A model generated the notes under the pieces. It worked only from the letters and a program-made list of their open reading frames with translations, searched no databases and had not been told where the DNA came from. From NCBI GenBank assembly GCA_951406725.2, contig OX597824.1, positions 32,260,001 to 32,322,000 on the forward strand: a stretch of 62,000 nucleotides of DNA, read 5' to 3'. The stretch comes from Octopus vulgaris (lineage: Eukaryota). Positions within the stretch are counted from its first letter, which is position 1, and each line of letters begins with the position of its first letter. Below are positions 12,301 through 24,300 of the stretch, piece by piece. Both the position numbers and the translations under genes were made by a program.

Positions 12301-15300
12301 GTAAGACCACTAGGCGTGAGGCACCCCTTATATACACACAGGTGGCATGTAAAAAACACCATTTCGAGCGTGGTCGTTGCCAGTACTGCCAGACTGGCCC
12401 TCGTGCCGGTGGCACGTAAAAGCACCCACTACACTCTCGGAGTGGTTGGCGTTAGGAAGGGCATCCAGCTATAGAAACTCTGCCAGATCAGATTGGAACC
12501 TGGCGCAGCCATCTGGTTCTCCAGTCCTCAGTCAAATCGTCCAACCGATGCTAGCATGGAAAGCGGACGTTAAATGATGATGATGTCTCTAGAACCCACT
12601 TCAAACCCAGGCTACATCTGATAATTGGAAGTGACTTGGTTGGTGAATCCTCTGCAATGCTTGACAATCAACAGCAAGATGAGCTACTACAGATCACAGT
12701 ATCCCAAAAGGTGTATGTGTGTGAACTTGTATCTCCATTGAAACTCTAAACATTTGGTCAGAGCTGGCTCAACTCACCACAGGGGAATGCCACTGCAAGT
12801 ACAAGTAGCAAAAAAAAAAAAGGGGGTTTCGAGCTCTTTGTTTTAAAAATACTTGAAATTCATTCATCATAGGTGGAACTTATGTACCACACCCATCTAA
12901 CCAAGTGGCCAATGATTATAAAACTCTTGTTCCAACAATTCAATGCTGACCTCACTAAATGCTGAAGAATCAACCAAGCACAAAGACATTGTATTTTACC
13001 ATTCACTAAGTTTATTACATAAACATCTTTCTATAATATATAATTTTCTAGATGGTGTAATTTAATTTTTCATTATTGAATTGATAAAAGGTGGTTTTTC
13101 TAATTTATATATATATATATATATATACATATATACACTTACACATATATACACACACAAATATATATACATATGCACACATACATACATCTATCTATGA
13201 GTGCGTCATTGTGTCTGTGTTTGTCCCCGTCAACTACTGGATAACCGATGTTGGTGTATTTACATCCCTGTAACTTAGCAGTTAAGAGACTAACAAAACA
13301 AGTGCCAGGTTTAAAGACAAAAACAAATAATGACTAAAAGTTCTTCAAGGTTGAACTGGCAAATATCATAATTTCATTCTGAAATCTAAAATCAGCAGAA
13401 TGCAGTTACATGGGAAATTACAATAATGACTACAGAAAAGGGTTAATAAATTTTGTTACCTGCTCAAATACATCACTTTCCTTGGCAGGGTTTGTGTCAT
13501 CAAATCTCAAAATCAAACGTCCTTCAAACAATTTTTGATAATATTGATTTAACAAAGCAGCTTTTGCATGGCCAACATGAAGATAACTGAAAAATATATT
13601 AAAAATAATAATGAAGAAAATATTATATGCAAAAAAATAATGCTCCAATTTTTTTTCTCTTAGGTAAAGGTGTGGTTGTGTAGGAAGAAGCTTACTTCCC
13701 GACGTGTTTCCAGGTTCAGTCGCACTCTGTGAAACCTTGGACAAGAGTCTTCAACTATAGCCTTGAGCTGACCAAAGCCTTGTGAATGGATGTGGTAGAC
13801 AGAAACTGAAAGAAGTCCACTGTATATCATCATCATCATCATCATCGTTTAGCGTCCGCTTTCCATGCTAGCATGGGTTGGACGATTTGACTGAGGTCTG
13901 GCGAACCAGACTCCAATCTGATCTGGCAGAGTTTCAACAGCTGGATGCCCTTCCTAATGCCAACCACTCCGAGAGTGTAGTGGGTGCTTTTACGTGCCAG
14001 TTAGGTGGTACTGGTAACGGCCACACTCAAATGGTGCATTTTATGTGCCACCTGCACAGGAGCCAGTCCAGCAGCACTGGCAACGACCTCGCTCTAATGT
14101 TGTTGTATTTGGGGATGGTTATGTTACCAGTTTAGCCAATAAAAACACACGCACTATATATTTGGGGTTCACTTGCTTCAGCTTTATTTTATAGTAATCG
14201 TATTTCAGTCAGAGTTCTTTCGTCACACTTCTGTGACCTCATCAGTGGTCCTTTGCTTTCTTCTTTCTTTTTTGTGTGTCTTTCCTACCGAAATACGATT
14301 ACTATAAAATAAAGTTGAAGCAAGTGAACACCAAATATATAGTGCATGTGTTTTTATTGGCTAAACTGGCAACGTGACCATCCCCAAATACAACAGTATC
14401 TGTTTAAACACACGAATTCACATCAAGAATCTTGCAAAACGAATATATGAACGTATATATGTGTGTATGTGTGTATATATACTTATATCTATGTGTGTGT
14501 ATTTATCACCCACCACCGCCTGACAACTGGTGTTGGTGTGTGTATGTCCCTGTAGCTTAGCAGTTCAGCAAAAAGATAGAATAAACATGAGGCTTAAAAG
14601 CAAATAAGTACAGGGGTTGATGCATTTAACTAAAAATTCTTCAAGGTGGTGCCCCAGCATGGCCATCGTTTAATGACTGAAACAAGTTAAAGAGTAAAGA
14701 TACAGAAAAAGGCCCCAAAATGCTAAAATGCATCTGATGCTCTTGATTGACACTGCTGGGACAAATTTTTGCCTTGCTCCTCTGATATTGTGATTTTAAC
14801 ATAGCAAGTTCATAAGCGATGTTATTTCAGGACAAATGCTGCAGTAACTGGCCTATCAAACTGTGTATACATTAAGTATGATACACAGATGGCTATTTTA
14901 ATCCAACACTGACTCAGTTGCATACACTAGATTTATAATCACATATATATTTTTTTGTCAATGAAAAACAATATATAGCAAAAAAATATTCAAAGCTAAA
15001 ACCCAAAGGTCAAAAGATGTTTGTTTCAATCCATCCTCTCCCAGAAAATCTCCAATTTGATACCAACTGATTTCTGACTATGATGCCTTACCCACTTGCT
15101 TCTGGAGGGAATCTTACTACTACTTCTCCTTTTTTAGCATTTGGCAAGTCAACAAATTTGCCTTCTTCTTTTCGGCCCTGAAACAAAGAACACAAACAAA
15201 AAATGTATAAGAATGAAACTTAGAAAAATTAAATAGAGATCGTATGTGAGAAGTGTTATTATAATACAACCATTACATATAAAACATATAAGAATAAAAT

Positions 15301-18300
15301 ATATTACAAAGTATTCACTATGTGCAACAGAAGCAGTGTTACTTTAGAACAGTAAGCTGTATGTCTGCAATATTTCTCGTGATATTACTATCTCACGACA
15401 AATACCACAGTTAATTAGGTTTTCCAACATATATCTGCATTAATATATGATACAGTTTGCTACTATATCATAATATTAACATTATACTTTTCAGGACCTG
15501 ACTTCACTTTATTATTCCTACCCTATTTAATAGCTACTAGCACTATGACCCGGCAACACCGTGTCATAGTGCTTAGTGCATGCATATACAGCTGCATGCG
15601 TGCGCACATACATGCGAGTACTGTCCAAATCTCCGAACAATCACATACAGCTAGCTGGCATTCAATTGACGTATCAAGTTTCAGGCATTTTGATTGGGTT
15701 TTGGATAGAAAATTCACAAAAAAGTCACTTCTAGTGAATTTTTTAATGGCTTTGTGGGGTGACTGGGGAAATGTAAAGATGTGCATGACCACCCTTGGAT
15801 GGTTTTGAATGACCATAGAAAGTGCAAGCCCTCTAACTGAAAAGTTGTGGATTTGTATAAAGGACACACACACAGACATTTTGCCGTTTATATATATAGA
15901 GATTTTCCCAAACTAGCACGTGAAGGAAGGCTTTTGTAGAATCATTTGAATTTTTTGACTGGATATTCTTTCTACAGCTAACCAGTTAAACTGTAATGGA
16001 GGTCAGCTAAAATGGAATAAGTTTGGTAGCTTTTCAGTAGTTAGTAGAAGGCGCGTGGCTCAGTGGTTAGAGCGTCGAGCTTACGATCGTGAGGTTGTGA
16101 GCTTGAATCCCGGACCGGGCTGCGTGTTGTGTTCTTGAGCAAGACACTTTATTTCACGTTGCTCCAGTTCACTCAGCTGTAGAAATGAGTTGTGACGTCA
16201 CTGGTGCCAAGCTGTATCGGCCCTTGCCTTTCCCTTGGATAACACTGGTGGCGTGGAGAGGGGAGGCCGGTATGCATGGACGACTGCTGGTCTTCCATAA
16301 AAAAAAAAAACAACCTTGCCCAGACTTGTGCCTCAGAAGGTAACTCTCTAGGTGCAAACCCATGGTCAGTGTCTGACCGAAGGGGGTCACAAGTAGTAGT
16401 AGTAGTAGCAAGATTTGAACATATGACTATACGGTCAATTATTCCAACACCAGGACCTCACAGCTCTTGTGCTTTAATGGAACAAACTCAGTTTATTTTT
16501 ATGCCAACATTTAAACAATGCATCTCTATCACACAATACATTGTCATCATTATCATTATTGTTCTAATGTCCATTTTTCCATGCTTGCATGGCTTGGATG
16601 GAATTTATCCAGGCAGATTTTCTATGTCTGGATGCCCTTCCTGTTGCCTATCCCAGGCAAGGGGGCAGTAACAAAGACACACGAACACAACAGGTTTCCA
16701 CACTTTCTCTCTACCGAATCCATTTACAAGGCTTTCACTGGTGAAGGGCTATAGTATAAGACATTTGTCCAATGTGCAACACAGGCAGACTGAACCCAAA
16801 ACCATATGGTTGGAAAGCAAACTTCTAATCATGTAGCGATAGTTTTCCAGCTTACCAGCTCCTGTCAAACCATCCAACATGGAAAATGGATGTTAAATCC
16901 AGCATGAAAGATGGATGTTAAATGATGAATATAATAATGTGTATTAAAGCATGTAATATAGGCCCAACTGCACATATAGGACTTAGGTTGATTTTTGAGA
17001 CATTTTTTTGGAAAACAAATGTGTCATATAAGCCATCAAATATACTCTTTACTTTTACTTGTTTCAGCCATTTGACTGTGGTCATGCTAGAGCATCGCCT
17101 TTAGTCGAGCAAATCGACCCCAGGACTTATTCTTTGTAAGCCTTGTACTTATTCTATGGTACCTACAAGGCCTGAAATTTCTTAATTCCAAGTTTTTTCA
17201 ATTCCATCATAGAACATAAAACACTACCTTTTGTTGGTTTATTATTTGGTAACAAAAACCTGGCCCCTGTTCCCTGCTCACATTCTCTAATCCCCCATCT
17301 CCTAGCATAAAGCCAACCCTCACCTTGCCTTGAGTATCACAGTCTCACAAGCAGCATGGTGACCTCACTAGTGCCGGTGCCATGTAAAAAGTACCAAGTA
17401 CATGCTGTAAAGTGGCTGGCATTAGGGAAGGCATCCAGCTGCAGCAACTGTTTCAAAGCAGACATAATGCAGTCTTTGGACCCAACAGATTCTGTTGCCG
17501 ATCAACCTATGCCTGCATGGATATTAAATGATAATGATGAGGATAAATAATAAATTAAAGGAAAGGGTGAATTGAGTAAACTTACTTCTTTTAGAGTGTC
17601 GAGTTTAAGAGAAGGATTACTGAGAACTGATTGAAAAGCTTCTTGTGAAGTTAAGAAGTTATAGAAACGCAGAGTATTTTGGGGTACATTTGCTTTCTGG
17701 GTCATTTGCTGCCATCTTTTACTGACTGGAAAACATTAAAACAAACAATGAAAAACAATTAGGATATTATTTAATTTCCATGAGAGTAAAAAATAAGTTT
17801 GGTTTAAGATGCTAGACAACAAATACAAAGAATTGCAATTTCAAATCCTGGTAGCTTTGTATAATATTTAATCCCTGATGAACCCAGAGCAAACAGACTT
17901 CTAGTCAAGGCATTTCAGTGTGATTATCGTAACTTATTTTCAGAGACAGCATATCTAGGACTACATAATCCAAAGTGCACATCCATTTTATTAGAGATTT
18001 TAGGAAGATTTGGCTGCTATTTCTAGCAATTTGAATTACCAAATAGCAGCTCTCTCATTGGCTTGACTAGTACTGTGTCTAATTGCTTCAGAGGCTCATT
18101 TTTACACCAGTATGTTTAAAGTAAAGTAAAACTTTCAGTTACAACAATCCAGACACAAAACTGAATTAAGAACAAACAACATTGATAAAAAAAAGTACAC
18201 TGACATAGTGCTGAAAGTTTAGTGTTACATGGTTAAACATTAAAATATTTGAGAAATGTCAATAACCTGCTGTAAATGGTGTACAACTGGCATAGGCACG

Positions 18301-21300
18301 CATCCTCTATAATGCCTTCTATTTCTGTAACTCAATAACGGCATGGTTAATTGCTGCCTTTTGATCTTTCAAGAAATTATAAATAGAAAATAGACAATAC
18401 TTACAGTGGAGTTGTTTCCATATAAAAATATCTGCCAAAGTCAGCTGGTGTCCAACTAAATATGTAATTGGTCCCAGAACTTTATCTAGGTGATAAACAT
18501 CTTTATCAAATGAAGCATCAGAGAACTGGGTCTGAGCAAAATCAATCCAAAAATCAATCTATTTGAATAAAAAGAAAAAAAAAAAGCCAATATATATCAA
18601 TACTATAGATATATGGAAACAATTGTGCTAATAAGGTAAGCTTGACCCTTTAGCATTCAGATTACTCTGTCAAATGTAATGCTTATTTATTCTTATTGCT
18701 TTTAATTAATCATGCATTATCTCACAGCTTTGAGATTTCAATGATGTGACTGTACATTTTTAGAATTACATTTTAGGGTAGATGAGAAAGGCTGGATCTA
18801 GTCAGTTTGAACATAAAGCAGGTAGAATATTTTGGCTGGATTTGTCCAGTTTAAATGCTAAAGGGTTGAACAACATCTTAAAAAATAAACAGCGGTGGTG
18901 CCCCACCATGGCCGCGACCTTCGGGCTAAAACATTTTAAAGGATTTATATCTTTAAATGACAGTTGTGTTTATATGTGATGGCATATGGCCTCGTGGTTA
19001 AGGTGTTGCACTCACAATCACAAGATTGTGGTTTCAATTCCTGGACCGGGTGGAGTGACGCGCTCTTGAGCAAAACACTTAATTTCATGTTGCTCCAGTT
19101 TACTCAACCATAGAATGTTAACTCTACAACAGATTGACAACCTGATCAAGGGAAAAGTTGTGACCTAAGTCACAAATACACCATACTTTGAGTAACCAGC
19201 CTAATGAGTTCTAGGAATTGGTCACTATACACCATGGGAACTAAGTAACCAGTGCTATGAGTTCTAGGGCTCAAAATAGTGCTAAATGTATGCTTATAGA
19301 TGGCAGAGAAAAGCGGACTACTCATACATAGAGAATAGCAGACACATCTTGAATAACTGATGTTCAGAAAATATTTTGAGTTGAGAATTTTTATAGAATG
19401 TATGTCACAGATTATCATCATCTCTGTAAATAATGCAATAAAATGTTCCTCTGATGACCTATTGTGGTTATGCATCTAGTTGCACTTGAAACATCCAATG
19501 CTGACATTGCAAACAACCACAATGGTGAAACATACACAGGGAACTAATGATTTTTTTGAACTTGTGTTTATTGTAATTTCTTATATATATATTCTTTAAT
19601 TTGTTTTGGTCATATGACTGTGGCCATGTAGGAGAAGCACCTTTATGGGTTTTAGTTGAAGAAATCGACCCCCAGGGCTTATTCTTTGTAAGCCTAGTAC
19701 TTATTCTATTAGTCTCTTTTGCCGAACTGCTAAGTTACAGAGACATAAACACACCAGCATTGGTTGCCAAGTGATGGTGGGGGCGGGGGAGACAGACACA
19801 CACACACACATGTGATAGGCTTCTTCCAGTTTCCGTCTACCAAATCCACTCACAAAGTTTTGGTTGGCCCAGGGCTATAGCAGAAGACACTTGCCCAAGG
19901 TGCCACACAGTGGAACTGAACCTAGAACCATGTGGTTGGGAAACACACTTCTTACCACAGAGCCAAGCCAAGAAACAAAGAATTGGTTGTAACTTATTAA
20001 AACATTGTTAATATTCATCTCAATATTGAGTACAAGGTGGCAAGCTGGTAGAATCGTTAGCATACAGGGCAATATGTTTAGCGACAGTTCAGAGTTCAAA
20101 TTCCACCAAGGACGACTTTACCTTTCAGGATTGATAAATAAGTACCAGTTGAACACTGGGGTTGATGTATGTGACTTACCCCCAACCCCTGAAATTGTTG
20201 GCCTTGTGCCAAAATTTGAAATTAATATCAAGTATAAATTTTACCTCAGTTGCTTCAAGCAAAGAAGAGCCATATAAAGGACTTGAATTTGAACGAACCA
20301 AATACCGACACATTGATGCATCTCCTTCAAGAGTTGTATTACTGTGAAAATAAATTATAACTGGTCTTAGAATAAAATTACAACATGATTACTCTTTTCT
20401 TTCAATGAAGCTGTAAATAAGTAAAAAGGAATAATTCATGAAAAGGCTTCCAGTCAACTAACTGATGTAAATCAAGTCTTAACTTCAAGGTCAACAACTA
20501 CTAAAGACTGAGACATAAAGCTCAAAGAAAATCCTATGAAGGCTTGGGGTGCATAGTGCTTTGGCTACTGAGTCCATGATTGTTACATAAGGCACTACAT
20601 TTCATGTGGTTTCAGTTTGCTCAGCTGAAAATGTGTACTAGTAATACCTGGGGGAATTTAACCCTGCATTGTCAAGCTGGTGTTCCATTCAGGAGGGGCA
20701 AGTCTAATACTATCAATGGCTTAAATGCTACTGAAACCAAAATAAACTCTTGCTTAAAGGGCCAGTAATTTAGAGACAAACTTTAAAATTCTACTGGGTC
20801 TCTACATTGCTGCAAGTGTCTGCCTGGGGAAATTCACTGAACCAGTAATATACATAGCATCAGAACTAAGCTCAAAAGTAAGAGCACATGTATCAGATTC
20901 CTCATCAAAGTCAATCATACCTAACAGTGGCTTGGAAATAACTGTACCTAAGTTGAGGTGGTCTTGTCTTGTGAGTTGCTTCATGACCTCACTAGTACCA
21001 GTGCCATGTAAAAAGTACTCAGTATACTTTACAAAGTGATTGGAAGGGTGTCCAGACATAGAAACCTTGCCAAAGTAGTAATATTGGAAAGGAATGATAC
21101 TGCTTATGAGACAGTGAAAGCCGTTTTCAACTATCCTATAATGTCCTGTGCGAGGTCACTGGAGATGGCGAGCCATTCGCGGTTCCATCTGCGAAGACCG
21201 ACCACCTGCGGACCTGAGAGTTTGGAGAGGTCTTCCTTTATCGTAGAGCGTGGGCTGCCATGGTTTGTGATGCTGTTAGGACCAGAGAAGAAGCCAGCTC

Positions 21301-24300
21301 AACCCGCCCTGGGTGAATGCCGTCACAAGTACAAGTAGGTAAGTATCCTATAATGTCAAAACAAGGGGACACAAACTCACAAAGACATATACATACACAC
21401 ACACAGAGGCTGCTTTCAGTTTCTGTCCAACCCATGCCAGCATGGAAAGTGGATGTTAAATGATGATAAAATCCACTCACAAGGACTTGGTCAGCCCAGG
21501 GCCATAGCAGAAGACACTTGTTCACAGTGTCAAGCAGTGGGACTGAACTTGAAACCATAAGGTTAGGAAGTAATCACACAGCTAAACCTGCACCTATATA
21601 AATATATATACACACAGACAGACAGAAAAGGTTCCCATAAAACATTGTTTTATGTTTATTTTAACTTGAAAAGGTTTATATTTTTTATTAATTGACATTT
21701 TTATTTTAAGTTCTATACGTAACTGTTTAATCACACCATGCACAAAGGAAGCCTTGGAACATATTCAAATAAATATATGTCTATATTGCAGAAAGGACTC
21801 CTTCCAATCTTCAGTAGTGAAATAAAAAAAAAAACTCTTTATTTATGGAAGATGGGGCTCCTTGTCACACAGCTAAAAGCTTCCATAGCCACGCCTGTAA
21901 CCAGATACGAACTCTACTGAACACCTCTGGGGCATAATGGACAAGACACTTATGCAAATGGAATGTCTACTAAATATTAGATATTGACATTATAATAATT
22001 AATAAATAATTTGAATGTATAATTTCAGAATGAAATAAATTTTAATGATTATAAGGGTGTCTATTTACTTGTCATGTCCTTGTGTGTGTGTCTGTGTGGA
22101 TATATATATATACGCACACACACATATATTCTCATTATTTTGCAATTATTAGCATCAAGCTAAACTAGAGAAGAGCAAATAGCTGGCATTTCAAACAAAC
22201 GTAACCAACACGGGAACTTTTAAGGGGAAACAATTATATAATGTATCATCTTATGTAAAGTTAGTAATCTGCTACAGTTGACGTTTGGTGCATTTGGTAC
22301 TATGCTGAATGCATATTCCTTGTTTGCTGATGGCCAATTTATCCATCACTGTGCTGTCAAGTTCACTCATTATTATAGTCATTCTCATGGTTCCTGATAT
22401 GCTCCAAAAAATGTCAGCTACAATAGTTACAATAAGACATCCTGCATAAAGTTCAATGAACTGTTATTAGTCAAAATAAAGTTCAATGAACTGCTATAGT
22501 TGGCATAAAGTTCAAGTAAATTTTGGGTCAATCTGTCTGAATATCCTCAGGAGAGTAACTAAGAATTAATTCTGTCTCATGGTGGAGAGGCAGACGTGGA
22601 AAAACAACATCCAACCAGAAAACATGCACATCAAAAAATTTTAGCTGACCCTTGACATAAGAAAATGTTACCCTACCAAAAAAAAAAACACTACAAAACC
22701 CTGCAATTATTTCATCCAGTCAGTATTAAAATTATTTAGTTGTAAAAAATATGTGGGGTTATTTTCAACAAAAAATCTATCTAAAGTATGATAACAGTAG
22801 TTCAGTGAATAATTAACTCTTAGCATTCAGATTACTCTGTCAAATGCAATGTTTATTTATTCTCATTATTTTTAATTAATCACGTGTAATTTTGGTACTT
22901 TGGGATTTTTTTCTGTAATTGTTTATTTTCAAAATGACATTGTAGGGTGGGTGTGAGAGGCTGACTACTTTGAACATAAAACAGGTAGAATATTTGGCCT
23001 GGACATAGCCAGTTTAAATGCAAAAGGGTTACTTTGAAGGAAAATATGCAGAGAAGAAAAACAACTTAATATAGACTATAACCATACCTGTCTATTTCAA
23101 TGGAATTGACATTTTTGTATTTAATATCACAAGAGAATTTGGATGCTGACTTGAAGTTTTCAAGAACCAACAGACTGGCTGTAAAAAAAACAAAAATGAA
23201 GAAGTATGTATATATATTCCTGACCAAAATATTATTTTCTGATTTCATACATAATTCTTGTAGATTTAGAAAAATGAGCAAATTGGAAAGACTTTTATGT
23301 GATCAGATCAAATGCAGAAGAAGAGAAATAGTTCCAAGGAATAGTGAACAAATTCTAAATGTGGAAGCAAAGCTTAAAATTGGAAGAGCTCAACGTAAAT
23401 TAAGCAAAATTGAAAATTTTAGTGAACAAGGAAGAAGTCAGGACTCTACTGCCATCTATGTTAAGCTAACATAAGAAATAAAATAAGAGTATGCAGGAAT
23501 TCCATTCAGGTACACAAGCTGTTTCAGCGAGATCCTCGGACTTTGTGTGAAGACACACAAGAATATGGAACGAGACAGTTGACAGCTGTTATTTGGATGC
23601 CAATGATTTGGCACAACTGACTGGACATTCAGCCAGTTTTGGTGCACAGAAATATACACAAAGACACAAAGAGAAAGAGAGATGGAGAGAGAACAACAGA
23701 AACATTAAAATGTATTCAAGAGTCGAGTAACTTGTAAGATTTGTAATATAAATGATATTAGGCATTCAAGCATAAATTTGAGTCAGAACAAACACTGCAG
23801 GTTCACTACTAGGGTTTAAACCATGTAGCTATCACTTATTGGGTTTCTGTATGACTTGTAACACAAAGAGTGCTTTTTCCTTGCACACTTTCATGAATTT
23901 ACCAACCCTGTCCAATCTTCTGTACTGCTTCTGTTATATTTACCTTTCTATACCTTATGGTTGTGAAAGGGAGGCGAGCTGACAGAAACATTAGCACATC
24001 GGGTGAAATGTGTAGCCGTATTTCGTCTGCCGTTACGTTCTGAGTTCAAATTCCGCCAAGGTCGACTTTGCCTTTCATCCTTTCGGGGTCGATAAATTAA
24101 GTACCAGTTACGCACTGGGGTCAATGTAATCAAGTTAATCCGTTTGTCTGTCCTTGTTTGTCCCCTTGTGGGTAGTAAAGAAATATATACCATATGGTTG
24201 TGAAAGCTGGACTCTTACAGCTGACATGCAGGTATGTCAGAATTCAGGTATTTGAGCACAAGTGCTTTCAGAGACAATTACACATGCTGTACACAGAACA

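Noticed and set aside
13565-13580. HVGH instead of HIGH as a catalytic novelty
   Set aside because: An I-to-V substitution is a common tolerated variant of the class I signature.
16050-16125. tRNA-like sequences at SINE heads (also 8085, 28545, 37617, 54045)
   Set aside because: A/B boxes run directly into SINE bodies with no complete cloverleaf, so they are not tRNA genes.
19360-19425. C/D-box snoRNA candidate in an EPRS intron (ATGATGA...CTGA, minus strand)
   Set aside because: Too short (about 55 nt between boxes), no convincing terminal stem and no recognisable rRNA guide.
20802-21059. ORF with acidic segment ([20 protein letters not shown])
   Set aside because: It starts inside SINE D, has no splice support and is not needed in the EPRS reading frame.
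23100-23474. 124-aa plus-strand ORF
   Set aside because: It overlaps EPRS exon 2 antisense and an off-frame decayed LINE; no coding support.
24191-24227. Minus-strand ATG exon [12 protein letters not shown]|G in phase with EPRS exon 2
   Set aside because: It is the antisense of the [11 protein letters not shown] motif and overlaps a TSD; coincidental.
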